A stretch of DNA of 64,000 nucleotides, from IMG/VR virus record IMGVR_UViG_3300048536_000227, one strand, 5' to 3'. Shown here piece by piece: positions 10,519-19,275 of the stretch. Source of the DNA: an uncultured virus (IMG/VR IMGVR_UViG_3300048536_000227) (Duplodnaviria > Heunggongvirae > Uroviricota > Caudoviricetes). Within the stretch, counting starts at the first letter, position 1. Each line of letters starts with the position of its first letter. A program made the position numbers and the translations under genes. The notes under the pieces are model-generated. The model made no database searches. It saw only the letters and a list, made by a program, of their open reading frames with translations, and had not been told where the DNA came from.

Positions 10519-11757
10519 ATGAAAAAAGTTGACTTAAATAAAAAACAAAAAGAATTTGTTAATTATGCTTTTAAGAAATACAAAAAAGTAGAATTGACAA
10601 TTTCAGAATTAAAAGATGCTAATGCTCATTTTGGTTGCAAGTATGCACCACAATGGTTAGTTAAAAAACCTGAATTCAAAGTTGGTAAACAGTTATATAA
10701 GTTACCTGTTGATGGTAGTATTGAAGAATATGCTGAACCAACATGTCAAGGTTCTATGGAACATCATGTAAAGAGTAAAAAGGTTGAATCTAAACCTGAT
10801 ACTAAGGCTGCTTACATTGTTAGCTCCCTAACAGACAATGTAGTTCCTCAAAAAGATAATGACTTTGTTACCTTTGGTAACTTTGGTGATGTAAAAAACA
10901 TTATCAAATCTAAAAAGTTTTATCCAGTATTCATTACAGGATTATCTGGTAATGGTAAAACACTTGCTGTAACTCAGGCATGTGCTGAGGCAAAACGTGA
11001 AATGATCAGAGTCAATATTACTATTGAAACTGATGAGGATGATTTACTTGGCGGATACAGACTAAGAGACGGTGCAACTGTTTGGCAAAACGGTCCTGTT
11101 ATTGAGGCAATGGAAAGAGGTGCTGTTCTTTTACTTGATGAGATCGACCTTGCTTCAAATAAGATTATGTGTTTACAACCAATCTTAGAAGGTTCTGGTG
11201 TCTATGTTAAAAAGATTAACAAGTTTATCAAACCTAAACTTGGTTTCAATGTGATTGCAACTGCTAACACTAAAGGTCAAGGTAGTGATGATGGTAAATT
11301 CATCGGTACTAATGTTCTTAACGAGGCATTCCTTGAAAGGTTTCCAGTTACATTTGAACAACAATATCCTTCTGCTAAAATAGAAGAAAAAATTGTATCA
11401 AACAAACTAAAATCATTTGGTAAATCTGATGACAAGTTTGCTCATAACTTAGTTACTTGGGCAGATGTTATTAGAAAAACATATACCGATGGTGGTGTTG
11501 ATGAAATTATATCAACTAGACGATTAGTGCATATTGCTGAGGCATATGGTATCTTTAGAAATAAGATGAAGGCTATTTCAGTATGTACAAATAGATTTAA
11601 CGATGATACTAAAAAATCATTTGTTGATTTATATTCAAAAGTTGATAGTGGCGTTACTGCTGAACAGATCATGGATGATCAAAAGAAGGCTGAAGACGCT
11701 GCTATATTACAAGATACCAACGATAGTGAGGATGGTGAAGAAGACATAACTGTCTAA
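10519..11757 (+). CDS. cobS: CobS-like MoxR AAA+ ATPase
   Basis: GLSGNGKT Walker A, LLLDEID Walker B, ATANTKG, NEAFLERF. Confidence 0.88.
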   Translation: MKKVDLNKKQKEFVNYAFKKYKKVELTISELKDANAHFGCKYAPQWLVKKPEFKVGKQLYKLPVDGSIEEYAEPTCQGSMEHHVKSKKVESKPDTKAAYIVSSLTDNVVPQKDNDFVTFGNFGDVKNIIKSKKFYPVFITGLSGNGKTLAVTQACAEAKREMIRVNITIETDEDDLLGGYRLRDGATVWQNGPVIEAMERGAVLLLDEIDLASNKIMCLQPILEGSGVYVKKINKFIKPKLGFNVIATANTKGQGSDDGKFIGTNVLNEAFLERFPVTFEQQYPSAKIEEKIVSNKLKSFGKSDDKFAHNLVTWADVIRKTYTDGGVDEIISTRRLVHIAEAYGIFRNKMKAISVCTNRFNDDTKKSFVDLYSKVDSGVTAEQIMDDQKKAEDAAILQDTNDSEDGEEDITV

Positions 11758-11781
11758 TCAGTAACCAAAAATCTATCATTC

Positions 11782-11835
11782 ATAGTGTAAGTCCACCTGT
11801 GGAGTTCAACGCTCCACAGGTTTTAATTACACTAT
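11782..11835 (+). terminator. Long hairpin, probable terminator or processing site
   Basis: ACCTGTGGAG/CTCCACAGGT inner stem followed by a T run, enclosed by ATAGTGTAA/TTACACTAT. Confidence 0.6.
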
Positions 11836-11850
11836 AACAAAGGAATAAAT

Positions 11851-12012
11851 ATGAAGGACAATAGAGATAAACATTTTTACATATCAATGACCAAGAGTAT
11901 GTTAAGACTTGGTGGATGTTATGGGTTATTTTTAACCGAAGATAAACTATTAATGGGCGTTGCAATTGTATTTGCTTTCGCTGAAATATTAGGAATTGCT
12001 GAGGAGTTTTAA
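11851..12012 (+). CDS. Small membrane protein (53 aa)
   Basis: Manual ORF MKDNRDKHFYISM...AEILGIAEEF* with AAGGA SD; hydrophobic. Confidence 0.65.
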   Translation: MKDNRDKHFYISMTKSMLRLGGCYGLFLTEDKLLMGVAIVFAFAEILGIAEEF

Positions 12013-12324
12013 ATGGGAAAGTACGACTATGAATTAAACGCTAAACCTAAAATGACACAGGAAGAGCGTGACGAAAAAATGAAAAAGTTTTTAGAAAAAG
12101 GTGGTAAGATACAGAAACTTACTCCTGGTGCTGCTTATAATATGGGTTGCTTAGATAGAAGTGGTAAACCTGCTTTTACAAATGAAGAAATTAAAAAAGG
12201 TATTGGTGGCAAAACAGATATGCCAGATTATGATAATCATAAACCAAATACATACCACGATTTTGATTTAGGTGGAGACAACAAACCAGTGTTTCATCCT
12301 AACTCATTAAAAACAAACAAATAA
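12013..12324 (+). CDS. Hypothetical protein
   Basis: GAGGAG SD; FLEKGGKIQK motif. Confidence 0.6.
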   Translation: MGKYDYELNAKPKMTQEERDEKMKKFLEKGGKIQKLTPGAAYNMGCLDRSGKPAFTNEEIKKGIGGKTDMPDYDNHKPNTYHDFDLGGDNKPVFHPNSLKTNK

Positions 12325-12336
12325 TAGGAGAATAAG

Positions 12337-12579
12337 TTGAGTATAAATGTTGAAGTAAGAGGCGGAAACTTAGAGAAGGCTCTAAGAGTTCTAAAACGTA
12401 AAGTTCAAAAGGAAGGTATAGTAAATACACTAAGAGATAAACAGTATTTTCAAAAACCATCTGAAAAAAAACGTGTAAAAGCAAAAGAACGTGCTAAAGT
12501 TTTAAGAAAAAAACAACACCAAAACGATGAAATGCTAGGATATCGTATGGTTAAGGGTGTCAAAGTAAGAAAAATTTAA
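12337..12579 (+). CDS. rpsU: Ribosomal protein bS21
   Basis: VEVRGGNLEKALRVLKRKVQKEG...YFQKPSEKKR; AGGAG SD with TTG start. Confidence 0.9.
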   Translation: MSINVEVRGGNLEKALRVLKRKVQKEGIVNTLRDKQYFQKPSEKKRVKAKERAKVLRKKQHQNDEMLGYRMVKGVKVRKI

Positions 12580-12619
12580 AGAATTTCTACGCCGTTTGTG
12601 TTTTGTATATATATTATTA

Positions 12620-12727
12620 CTACAAGGCGGTTCATAAGTCCTTGTAGAGGTGTAGGAAAAGGTGTTTAGGCACCTTTGAAATCGGTGATGTTTGCCAGTT
12701 TAACTCCGTGAAAAAACGAAACTGGCG
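12620..12727 (+). ncRNA. Putative structured RNA (three hairpins) between rpsU and hsp20
   Basis: Stems CTACAAGG/CCTTGTAG, AAAGGTG/CACCTTT and GCCAGTTT/AAACTGGC in a GC-richer noncoding stretch. Confidence 0.4.
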
Positions 12728-12737
12728 CTTGAAATTA

Positions 12738-12745
12738 TATAAATA
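12738..12745 (+). promoter_or_regulatory. T4-type late promoter
   Basis: TATAAATA upstream of hsp20. Confidence 0.5.
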
Positions 12746-12814
12746 GTTATTATATAATATATGAACGCCTTATAGGGTTCAGAAAATAAACTTTGCTTAA
12801 CAAAAGGAGGTTAT

Positions 12815-13267
12815 ATGACCAATACAAAAGCACTATCTATTTTCAATCAATTAAGACCATTATCAGTAGGATTTGACGACATGTTCGATCATTTCGAATC
12901 TATGTTTGATCACCCTACAGTTAATTATCCACCATACAATCTAGTTAAGACAGGTACTCATCAATTCGATATTGAGATCGCTCTTGCAGGTTTCAATAAA
13001 AAAGATATTGAAATCACTAGTGAGAACAATATATTAACTATCGAATCAAAAGTTAAATCTGTTGTTGACGATTCAGTAGGTGTTGATAAACCAAAAGATC
13101 AGGCAATGATTCATAAAGGTATTTCAAAAAGATACTTTAAAAGATCGTTCACTATTGCTGATGATGTTGAAGTTAAAGGTGCCGAGTTAAAAGACGGCCT
13201 GTTAAAAGTATCAATGGAGAAAATTATTCCAGATGCTAAAAAACTAAAAACCATTAACATTAAATAA
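12815..13267 (+). CDS. hsp20: Small heat shock protein Hsp20 (IbpA-like)
   Basis: NYPPYN, IEIALAGF, HKGISKRYFKRSF, GAELKDGLL; AGGAGG SD. Confidence 0.95.
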   Translation: MTNTKALSIFNQLRPLSVGFDDMFDHFESMFDHPTVNYPPYNLVKTGTHQFDIEIALAGFNKKDIEITSENNILTIESKVKSVVDDSVGVDKPKDQAMIHKGISKRYFKRSFTIADDVEVKGAELKDGLLKVSMEKIIPDAKKLKTINIK

Positions 13268-13276
13268 AAACCTAGA

Positions 13277-13300
13277 TAGGGCGGCCATTTGGCCGCTCTA
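13277..13300. terminator. GC-rich hairpin after hsp20
   Basis: TAGGGCGGCCA-TT-TGGCCGCTCTA inverted repeat. Confidence 0.6.
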
Positions 13301-13311
13301 AATAATATATT

Positions 13312-14043
13312 ATGACACAAGGACGATCATATGTTATTAACTCAAAAGAAAAATGGATTTACAATGTAATTCCTAAAAATTGTTGTAGTAGTATAAAACT
13401 TTCAATAAGAGACAATTTATTTAAAAATTTTCCTGAATCAAAAGAGATAAAATATGATACTGATAATTTAGAATTAGTTTATGAGATTACTGCTGATCTT
13501 CATGTAAATTTTGAACAGACATTTGCTCCACATAAGATATACATATCACCAGAATTAAACAAATCAATTGAAAGTTTAAATATTAACTTAGAAGAATATT
13601 ATAAGTTTACAGTTGTTAGAGATCCTTTTGCAAGATTTTCTTCCTTTTTTATTGACAAGATTCTTAATTCAAAATATTATCCTAGATATAGAAAATTAAA
13701 TAGATGGCTTCATGTTATAAATTCCGATGAAACAGATGAAAACAAACTACTACAAGTTTTAATTATATTAGATAATGAAAGTAACGAAAAAAGAGAAGAA
13801 CACACTAAGTCACAAACTTGGTTGATGGATTTAAAAAATATCAAATACGATAAAATTTTAAGAGTAGAAAATATAAATGAAGACTTTGAATCTATTAGAG
13901 AAAAATATAACTTTAATCCTTTGAAAAAAATGAATAAAACATTTAAGGATCCTAAAGTATTAGAGTTATTAAACAAACATAAAGATAGGATTCTTTCAAT
14001 ATACAAAGATGATGTTGAGTTATTGACAAAATTAAAATTTTAG
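13312..14043 (+). CDS. Sulfotransferase family 2 protein
   Basis: IPKNCCSSIK 5'-PSB-like motif and VVRDPFARFSS 3'-PB-like motif. Confidence 0.75.
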   Translation: MTQGRSYVINSKEKWIYNVIPKNCCSSIKLSIRDNLFKNFPESKEIKYDTDNLELVYEITADLHVNFEQTFAPHKIYISPELNKSIESLNINLEEYYKFTVVRDPFARFSSFFIDKILNSKYYPRYRKLNRWLHVINSDETDENKLLQVLIILDNESNEKREEHTKSQTWLMDLKNIKYDKILRVENINEDFESIREKYNFNPLKKMNKTFKDPKVLELLNKHKDRILSIYKDDVELLTKLKF

Positions 14044-14084
14044 TGTATAATAACAAACAATTTACATAATAGGAGAAATATATT

Positions 14085-14510
14085 ATGAGTGATTTAAAAG
14101 ATACAAAAACAGCACAAAATTTAAGAGCTGCTTTTCAAGGCGAAAGTGAGGCAAATAGAAGATACCTTTACTTTGCACAAAAGGCAGATATTGAAGGTGC
14201 GAATGAGGTTGCTTCTGTATTCAGATCAACTGCTGAAGGTGAAACTGGCCATGCTCATGGTCATTTAGAATACCTTGAAGAAGTTGGCGATCCTGCAACA
14301 GGAGAACCGATGGGTAACACAGAGCAAAATCTTCAATCAGCAATCAAAGGTGAAATACACGAATACACTGATATGTATCCAGGTATGGCTAGAACTGCTA
14401 GAGAAGAAGGTTTTGATGAAATTGCAGACTGGTTTGAGACACTTGCAAAAGCAGAAAAATCTCATGCTGGTAAATTTCAAAAAACATTAGACGCCTATAA
14501 AGGTGAATAA
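14085..14510 (+). CDS. Rubrerythrin (short ferritin-like form)
   Basis: [33 protein letters not shown] di-iron motifs. Confidence 0.92.
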   Translation: MSDLKDTKTAQNLRAAFQGESEANRRYLYFAQKADIEGANEVASVFRSTAEGETGHAHGHLEYLEEVGDPATGEPMGNTEQNLQSAIKGEIHEYTDMYPGMARTAREEGFDEIADWFETLAKAEKSHAGKFQKTLDAYKGE

Positions 14511-14536
14511 TTATGTGGGTGGCGATTTGTCACCCA

Positions 14537-14564
14537 TTGACAAATTAAAAAAATGTGATATAAT
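14537..14564 (+). promoter_or_regulatory. sigma70-type promoter directly after a hairpin
   Basis: TTGACA-N16-TATAAT, 6 nt before ATG 14571; hairpin TGGGTGGC/GTCACCCA at 14516-14536. Confidence 0.65.
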
Positions 14565-14570
14565 AATATT

Positions 14571-14834
14571 ATGAAATTCAGTGAAGATAAAATTTTAAAA
14601 GAAGTCCAAGACTATATTAAATCAACATACGGTCAACATTACTCCTCTGGTAAAGAGGGTATTCAGACATTAGATTTATTAAAGTCTATTGGAATTAAAA
14701 GTGATTTTTGTTTAGGTAACGCTATAAAATATCTTAGTCGTTATGGCAAAAAAAATGGTAAAAATCGTAAAGACTTGCTTAAGGCAATTCATTACATTGT
14801 ACTATTATTAAATAATGAAGGAGAAAATAAATAA
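14571..14834 (+). CDS. DUF3310-like conserved phage protein
   Basis: STYGQHY, FCLGNAIKYLSRYGKK, DLLKAIHY. Confidence 0.8.
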   Translation: MKFSEDKILKEVQDYIKSTYGQHYSSGKEGIQTLDLLKSIGIKSDFCLGNAIKYLSRYGKKNGKNRKDLLKAIHYIVLLLNNEGENK

Positions 14835-15499
14835 TGAAAATAAGTGATAACACAGTTAGTATCTTAAAAAACTTTTCAGATATTAATAACAATATACTTT
14901 TCAAACCAGGTAAAAGTATTTCAACAATGTCAACTATGAAAAACATCATGGCAAAGGCAGATGTTGAGGAAGAGTTCGAACAAGAATTTGGTGTATATGA
15001 TTTGCCAGAATTTCTAAGAGCAATCGACTCATTCAAAAAACCAGTTCTTAAATTTAACGGTGCTGCTAATCTAAAAATAAATGATGAAGGTACTTCTTTA
15101 TCAGCTAGATATGCATTTGCTGATAAATCAACTTTGGTTACACCACAAAAAGAAATTAACATGCCAGATCAAACAGTTTCTTTCACTTTAAAAAATAGTG
15201 ATTATGAATCTGTAAAAAGATTATATACTAATCTAAGTCTACCTGATATTGCATTTATAGGTGAAAAAGGTAAAATCAAATTAGTTGCGTTAGATAAGAA
15301 AAATAATAACTCTAACGAAACATCAATTACAGTTGGTGAAACAGATGTTGATTTTACTGCTTACATCAAGGCAGAGAATATGAAAATTATTCCTGGTGAA
15401 TATGATGTTGCATTGTCTAAGGCTAAGATCGCACATTTCATAAACAAACAAGTAAAAGTTCAATATTGGATTGCTTTAGAAGCAGATAGTGTATTTTAA
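14834..15499 (+). CDS. gp45: gp45 sliding clamp
   Basis: ILKNFSDINNNI, FGVYDLPEFL, YWIALEADS. Confidence 0.93.
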   Translation: MKISDNTVSILKNFSDINNNILFKPGKSISTMSTMKNIMAKADVEEEFEQEFGVYDLPEFLRAIDSFKKPVLKFNGAANLKINDEGTSLSARYAFADKSTLVTPQKEINMPDQTVSFTLKNSDYESVKRLYTNLSLPDIAFIGEKGKIKLVALDKKNNNSNETSITVGETDVDFTAYIKAENMKIIPGEYDVALSKAKIAHFINKQVKVQYWIALEADSVF

Positions 15500-15503
15500 A
15501 TAG

Positions 15504-16844
15504 ATGAGTTTATTTGTTGAAGAACAAATAAAACCCAAAAAAACTATCAGAATTTTAGTATATCCAAATATTACATTTGGTAAAGACTTAGAAAAAGATA
15601 GTTACATACAAGTTATTAAAAAGCAAATATCTCTTTTAAACTCTATACGAGACGACTTGTGGTTTTATTTGATATTACCTAAGGAAGTTCCATCTTTACA
15701 ATTTGATAATGTAAGTCAATTGTATTTAGATTTGCCGACTCATCCTCCTACAATGAGAGTTCATTTTGATACAAAGGCAATTAAGTCTTTATGTTCAAAA
15801 GACCTTGATTTTGATTTGGTAATGTCACATCTTCCAGAACATACCTGTGAATTAAAAAATGTTTTGTATAATGTAACACAACATATTCCAAAATTCTTTG
15901 GATATTGCCATTGGTTTGATTTGAAAAAAGTTGCTAACTGGCCTATGAATAGTTTTAGAAAAAACATTGTAGGCCTATTAGAAATGGATAGATGTTATTT
16001 AAATACTCAATCTCAAAAGAATCTTGTTTTAGAAGAAGCAAAAGAAACTTTTAGTGATGATACAATAAAAAGATTAGATAAAATCTTAACAGTACAACAT
16101 TTAGGTGTGGATAAAAAAGATATTATTAACACTGTAAAAAAAGTAAAAGAAAAAATTATTGTATTTAATCATAGACCTGATACTTATAAACACTATAAAG
16201 AATTTCTACAGGTTTGTGATAAGTTATATAAACAAAGACAAGATTTTAAAGTATGGGTTCCTCTATCAAGTAAACCAGATAGGGATTATATTATTACTGA
16301 TAGTGGAGACAAAGATTTTTACTATAAGAAATTACAAGAATGTTATATAGGATATTCTCCTAAACAAACTTATGGTGGATGGTCTGTTGCAACAACAGAC
16401 GGAATGATGAATGGTGTTCCGTATTTAATGTATGATGCTGATTATTATAGAGAACTTTGGAATGAAGGTGCATTTATAAAAAATGATAATGAGTTAATAG
16501 ATAAATTAAATTTTTATTTAGATAATGAAGATCAAAGAAATAAATTGGCAAAAGAAAGTTTACAATATATTAAAACTGAATTAGTCTTTAAAAATGAAAT
16601 AGAACAAATGAGTAATTATATAAATGAGTTATATAACAAATTACCACTTGTTAAAAAAAGTGAAAAATTAAAAGAAATGACTTCTTGGATAAAAGAAGAA
16701 GGAAGTCTTTCTAAACAAGAAATTATAAACCGTTTAGGATGGGGAGTTGGTATTAAGTGGACACAATATCGCCACACATTATTGACTAATCCTAACATTT
16801 ATGATACAATGAGTAAAAATCCAATATACAATTGGGTTAAATAA
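15504..16844 (+). CDS. GT-B fold glycosyltransferase (possibly DNA-modifying)
   Basis: IIVFNHR, YGGWSVATTDGMMNGVPY (GT4-like C-terminal motif), short helical C-terminal extension. Confidence 0.65.
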   Translation: MSLFVEEQIKPKKTIRILVYPNITFGKDLEKDSYIQVIKKQISLLNSIRDDLWFYLILPKEVPSLQFDNVSQLYLDLPTHPPTMRVHFDTKAIKSLCSKDLDFDLVMSHLPEHTCELKNVLYNVTQHIPKFFGYCHWFDLKKVANWPMNSFRKNIVGLLEMDRCYLNTQSQKNLVLEEAKETFSDDTIKRLDKILTVQHLGVDKKDIINTVKKVKEKIIVFNHRPDTYKHYKEFLQVCDKLYKQRQDFKVWVPLSSKPDRDYIITDSGDKDFYYKKLQECYIGYSPKQTYGGWSVATTDGMMNGVPYLMYDADYYRELWNEGAFIKNDNELIDKLNFYLDNEDQRNKLAKESLQYIKTELVFKNEIEQMSNYINELYNKLPLVKKSEKLKEMTSWIKEEGSLSKQEIINRLGWGVGIKWTQYRHTLLTNPNIYDTMSKNPIYNWVK

Positions 16845-16864
16845 ATTGAGGAATATATTATATT

Positions 16865-17809
16865 ATGAGTGACTTTTTATGGGTCGAAAAATATCGACCA
16901 AAGCGTATTGAAGATTGTATATTAAGTGAAGACTTAAAAAATACTTTTTCAAAGTTCTTAAATCAAAACGAGATTCCAAATCTTCTCCTTTCAGGCACAG
17001 CAGGTACGGGCAAGACAACAGTTGCTCGTGCCTTATGTGAAGAATTAGGTTGTGATTATATCATAATCAATGGTTCAGATGAAGGTAGACATATTGATAC
17101 ATTAAGAACGACAATTAAAAACTTTGCATCCACAGTATCTTTAGACGATACAAAAAATCATAAAGTTGTTATAGTTGATGAGGCAGATTATATGAATCCT
17201 GACTCAGTTCAACCTGCATTAAGAAACTTTATGGAATCGTTTCATAAGAATTGTAGATTTATTTTTACTTGTAACTTTAAAAACAAAATCATACCTGCGT
17301 TACATAGTCGTTGCACAGTTATTGATTTTCGTATTACAAATGGTCAAAAAGTAAAAACAGCACAGGCATTGCTTAAAAGACTTGGTAATATACTTGACGA
17401 TGAAAGTATCGAGTATGATAAAAAGGTACTTGCCGAGTTGATACAAAGACACTATCCAGACTTTAGAAGAACGATCAATGAATTACAAAGATATTCTGTA
17501 AGAGGTAAGATTGATAGTGGCATACTTGTATCATTGTCTGAAATTAACAATAAAGAGTTAGTGAAGTTGTTAAAAGAAAAACGATTTACCGATATGAGAA
17601 AATGGGTTATTCAAAACTTAGATCAGGATCCGTCTTCTTTATTTACGGCTATCTATGATATTCTTTATAAGTCACTTCATCCACAATCGGTACCAGCTGC
17701 TGTATTAACAATTGCTGACTATCAATACAAATCTGCTTTTGTGGCAGACCATGAGATCAATATGGTCGCATGTTTAACCCAAATTATGGCTGAATGTAAG
17801 TTCAAATAA
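16865..17809 (+). CDS. gp44: gp44 clamp loader large subunit
   Basis: LWVEKYRP, GTAGTGKT, DEADY, SRC motifs. Confidence 0.95.
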   Translation: MSDFLWVEKYRPKRIEDCILSEDLKNTFSKFLNQNEIPNLLLSGTAGTGKTTVARALCEELGCDYIIINGSDEGRHIDTLRTTIKNFASTVSLDDTKNHKVVIVDEADYMNPDSVQPALRNFMESFHKNCRFIFTCNFKNKIIPALHSRCTVIDFRITNGQKVKTAQALLKRLGNILDDESIEYDKKVLAELIQRHYPDFRRTINELQRYSVRGKIDSGILVSLSEINNKELVKLLKEKRFTDMRKWVIQNLDQDPSSLFTAIYDILYKSLHPQSVPAAVLTIADYQYKSAFVADHEINMVACLTQIMAECKFK

Positions 17810-17817
17810 AACTCAAA

Positions 17818-17961
17818 ATGACTACCAAGAAAAAACATAATCCATTCGCTTGTGAATTGAGACAAACTAAATACAAGCAAAGAGTTGTAAAACCTAAGAA
17901 AGGTAAAGGTTCTTTCAAAAGAAAAACAAAAGAAGACGAAGATTGGAGTGGAATAGTATAA
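17818..17961 (+). CDS. ArfA-like alternative ribosome-rescue factor (47 aa)
   Basis: Manual ORF MTTKKKHNPFACELRQTKYKQRVVKPKKGKGSFKRKTKEDEDWSGIV* with the ArfA KKGKGS(Y/F)xRK motif. Confidence 0.7.
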   Translation: MTTKKKHNPFACELRQTKYKQRVVKPKKGKGSFKRKTKEDEDWSGIV

Positions 17962-18113
17962 TGGCACGAAGAACATTTTTGAGAAAACTCATCGTAAGAT
18001 GTAGAATGTTTTGGGCTGACGTGAGAGGTCATCATGGTAAAGTTTGGGATTATGAACCAGGCGATTACTATATGGGTTCACACAAAGGACATAAAAAACA
18101 CGAAAAACATTAA
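17961..18113 (+). CDS. Small basic His-rich hypothetical protein (50 aa)
   Basis: Manual ORF MARRTFLRKLIVRCRMFWADVRGHHGKVWDYEPG...*; TAATG coupling to the upstream ORF. Confidence 0.65.
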   Translation: MARRTFLRKLIVRCRMFWADVRGHHGKVWDYEPGDYYMGSHKGHKKHEKH

Positions 18114-18115
18114 TA

Positions 18116-18514
18116 ATGATTGAATATAAATTAGGTGATTACTTAAATGCCATCAATTGGTCTAAGATAAACTTACTTGATGGTGATGATATAGTATGGG
18201 AAAAGAAGTTTGCTCCATTTATTATTAATCGTTGTTTATCACAACACGTTGATACAATAATGATGGCAAATGAAATGAATCAAAGACACGGCCTTCCTAA
18301 AAGGTTGCAATTTCATTTTTTACTAAATAGTATTCGTAAGAGAAAAAGATTTGGTGGTAAGTGGATATCTACCTCTAAATCTAAAAACTTAGAGTATGTA
18401 AAAGAATATTATGGTTATAGTAACATCAAAGCTAAACAGGCCTTAGACATACTTGATAATAAACAATTGAAACTTATCAAAGAAAAACTTGATAAGGGTG
18501 GGAGAAGAAAATGA
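18116..18514 (+). CDS. gp62: gp62 clamp loader small subunit
   Basis: PFIINRCLS, ANEMN, VKEYYGYSNIKA. Confidence 0.92.
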   Translation: MIEYKLGDYLNAINWSKINLLDGDDIVWEKKFAPFIINRCLSQHVDTIMMANEMNQRHGLPKRLQFHFLLNSIRKRKRFGGKWISTSKSKNLEYVKEYYGYSNIKAKQALDILDNKQLKLIKEKLDKGGRRK

Positions 18515-18939
18515 GTGAAGGACTTAAATGGTCGCCTGACAGTATGTTAGAGGTTACCCTTAAACAACCCGATGATTTTCTAAAAGTAAGAGAGACACTT
18601 TCCAGAATAGGTGTGGCAAGTCGTAAAGATAAAACTTTATTTCAAAGTTGTCATATACTACACAAACAAGGAAAGTATTACATAGTTCATTTCAAAGAGT
18701 TATTTGCTTTAGACGGCAAACAAGCAACACTAGCTGAAAACGATATACAAAGAAGAAACACAATATCAATCTTATTACAAGATTGGAATTTGATCTCTAT
18801 CGTTAAACCTAATGAAGCAGAAAACAAAGCACCATTATCTCAAATAAAGATAATTGCTTTTAAAGAGAAGAGCGAATGGAACTTACAGGCGAAATATAAC
18901 ATCGGTAAGAAAATAAATAAAGACGAAACAACTGAATAA
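18511..18939 (+). CDS. regA: RegA translational repressor
   Basis: DDFLKVRETLSRIG, QSCHILHKQGKYYIVHFKELF. Confidence 0.97.
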   Translation: MSEGLKWSPDSMLEVTLKQPDDFLKVRETLSRIGVASRKDKTLFQSCHILHKQGKYYIVHFKELFALDGKQATLAENDIQRRNTISILLQDWNLISIVKPNEAENKAPLSQIKIIAFKEKSEWNLQAKYNIGKKINKDETTE

Positions 18940-18947
18940 AGGATATT

Positions 18948-19241
18948 ATGATTAAATTATATAGACTCACAACAGGTGAGGACGTGATAGGAACGTTTGA
19001 AGAAGAAACAGATTTATACGAACACATAAAGAAACCTTATGTATTGATTCCAATGCAAGGGCAACCAGGACAACCTATGCAAATAGGATTTCATTCTTAC
19101 TTGCCATATTCAAAAGATGAAATAGTAAAGATCAAAAAAGTAAATATTGTTTGTGATTCAAATCCAACAGAAAACATAATCGAAGCATATCAAAAAAATA
19201 CTGGTGCGATTGTTACACCTAAAAAATCAATTATTACCTAG
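18948..19241 (+). CDS. Conserved hypothetical protein (Sm-like fold suspected)
   Basis: KLYRLTTGEDVIG motif, resembling the 1644 ORF. Confidence 0.6.
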   Translation: MIKLYRLTTGEDVIGTFEEETDLYEHIKKPYVLIPMQGQPGQPMQIGFHSYLPYSKDEIVKIKKVNIVCDSNPTENIIEAYQKNTGAIVTPKKSIIT

Positions 19242-19270
19242 TTGACTTTTTTACATTTCTGTGTTATAAT
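19242..19270 (+). promoter_or_regulatory. sigma70-type promoter for gp43
   Basis: TTGACT-N17-TATAAT with TG, 5 nt before the ATG. Confidence 0.7.
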
Positions 19271-19275
19271 ATAAT

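Noticed and set aside
8279..11757. Cobalamin biosynthesis role for the cobS/cobT-like pair
   Set aside because: No cobN or other cob genes are present; a MoxR AAA+/vWA chaperone pair is the simpler reading
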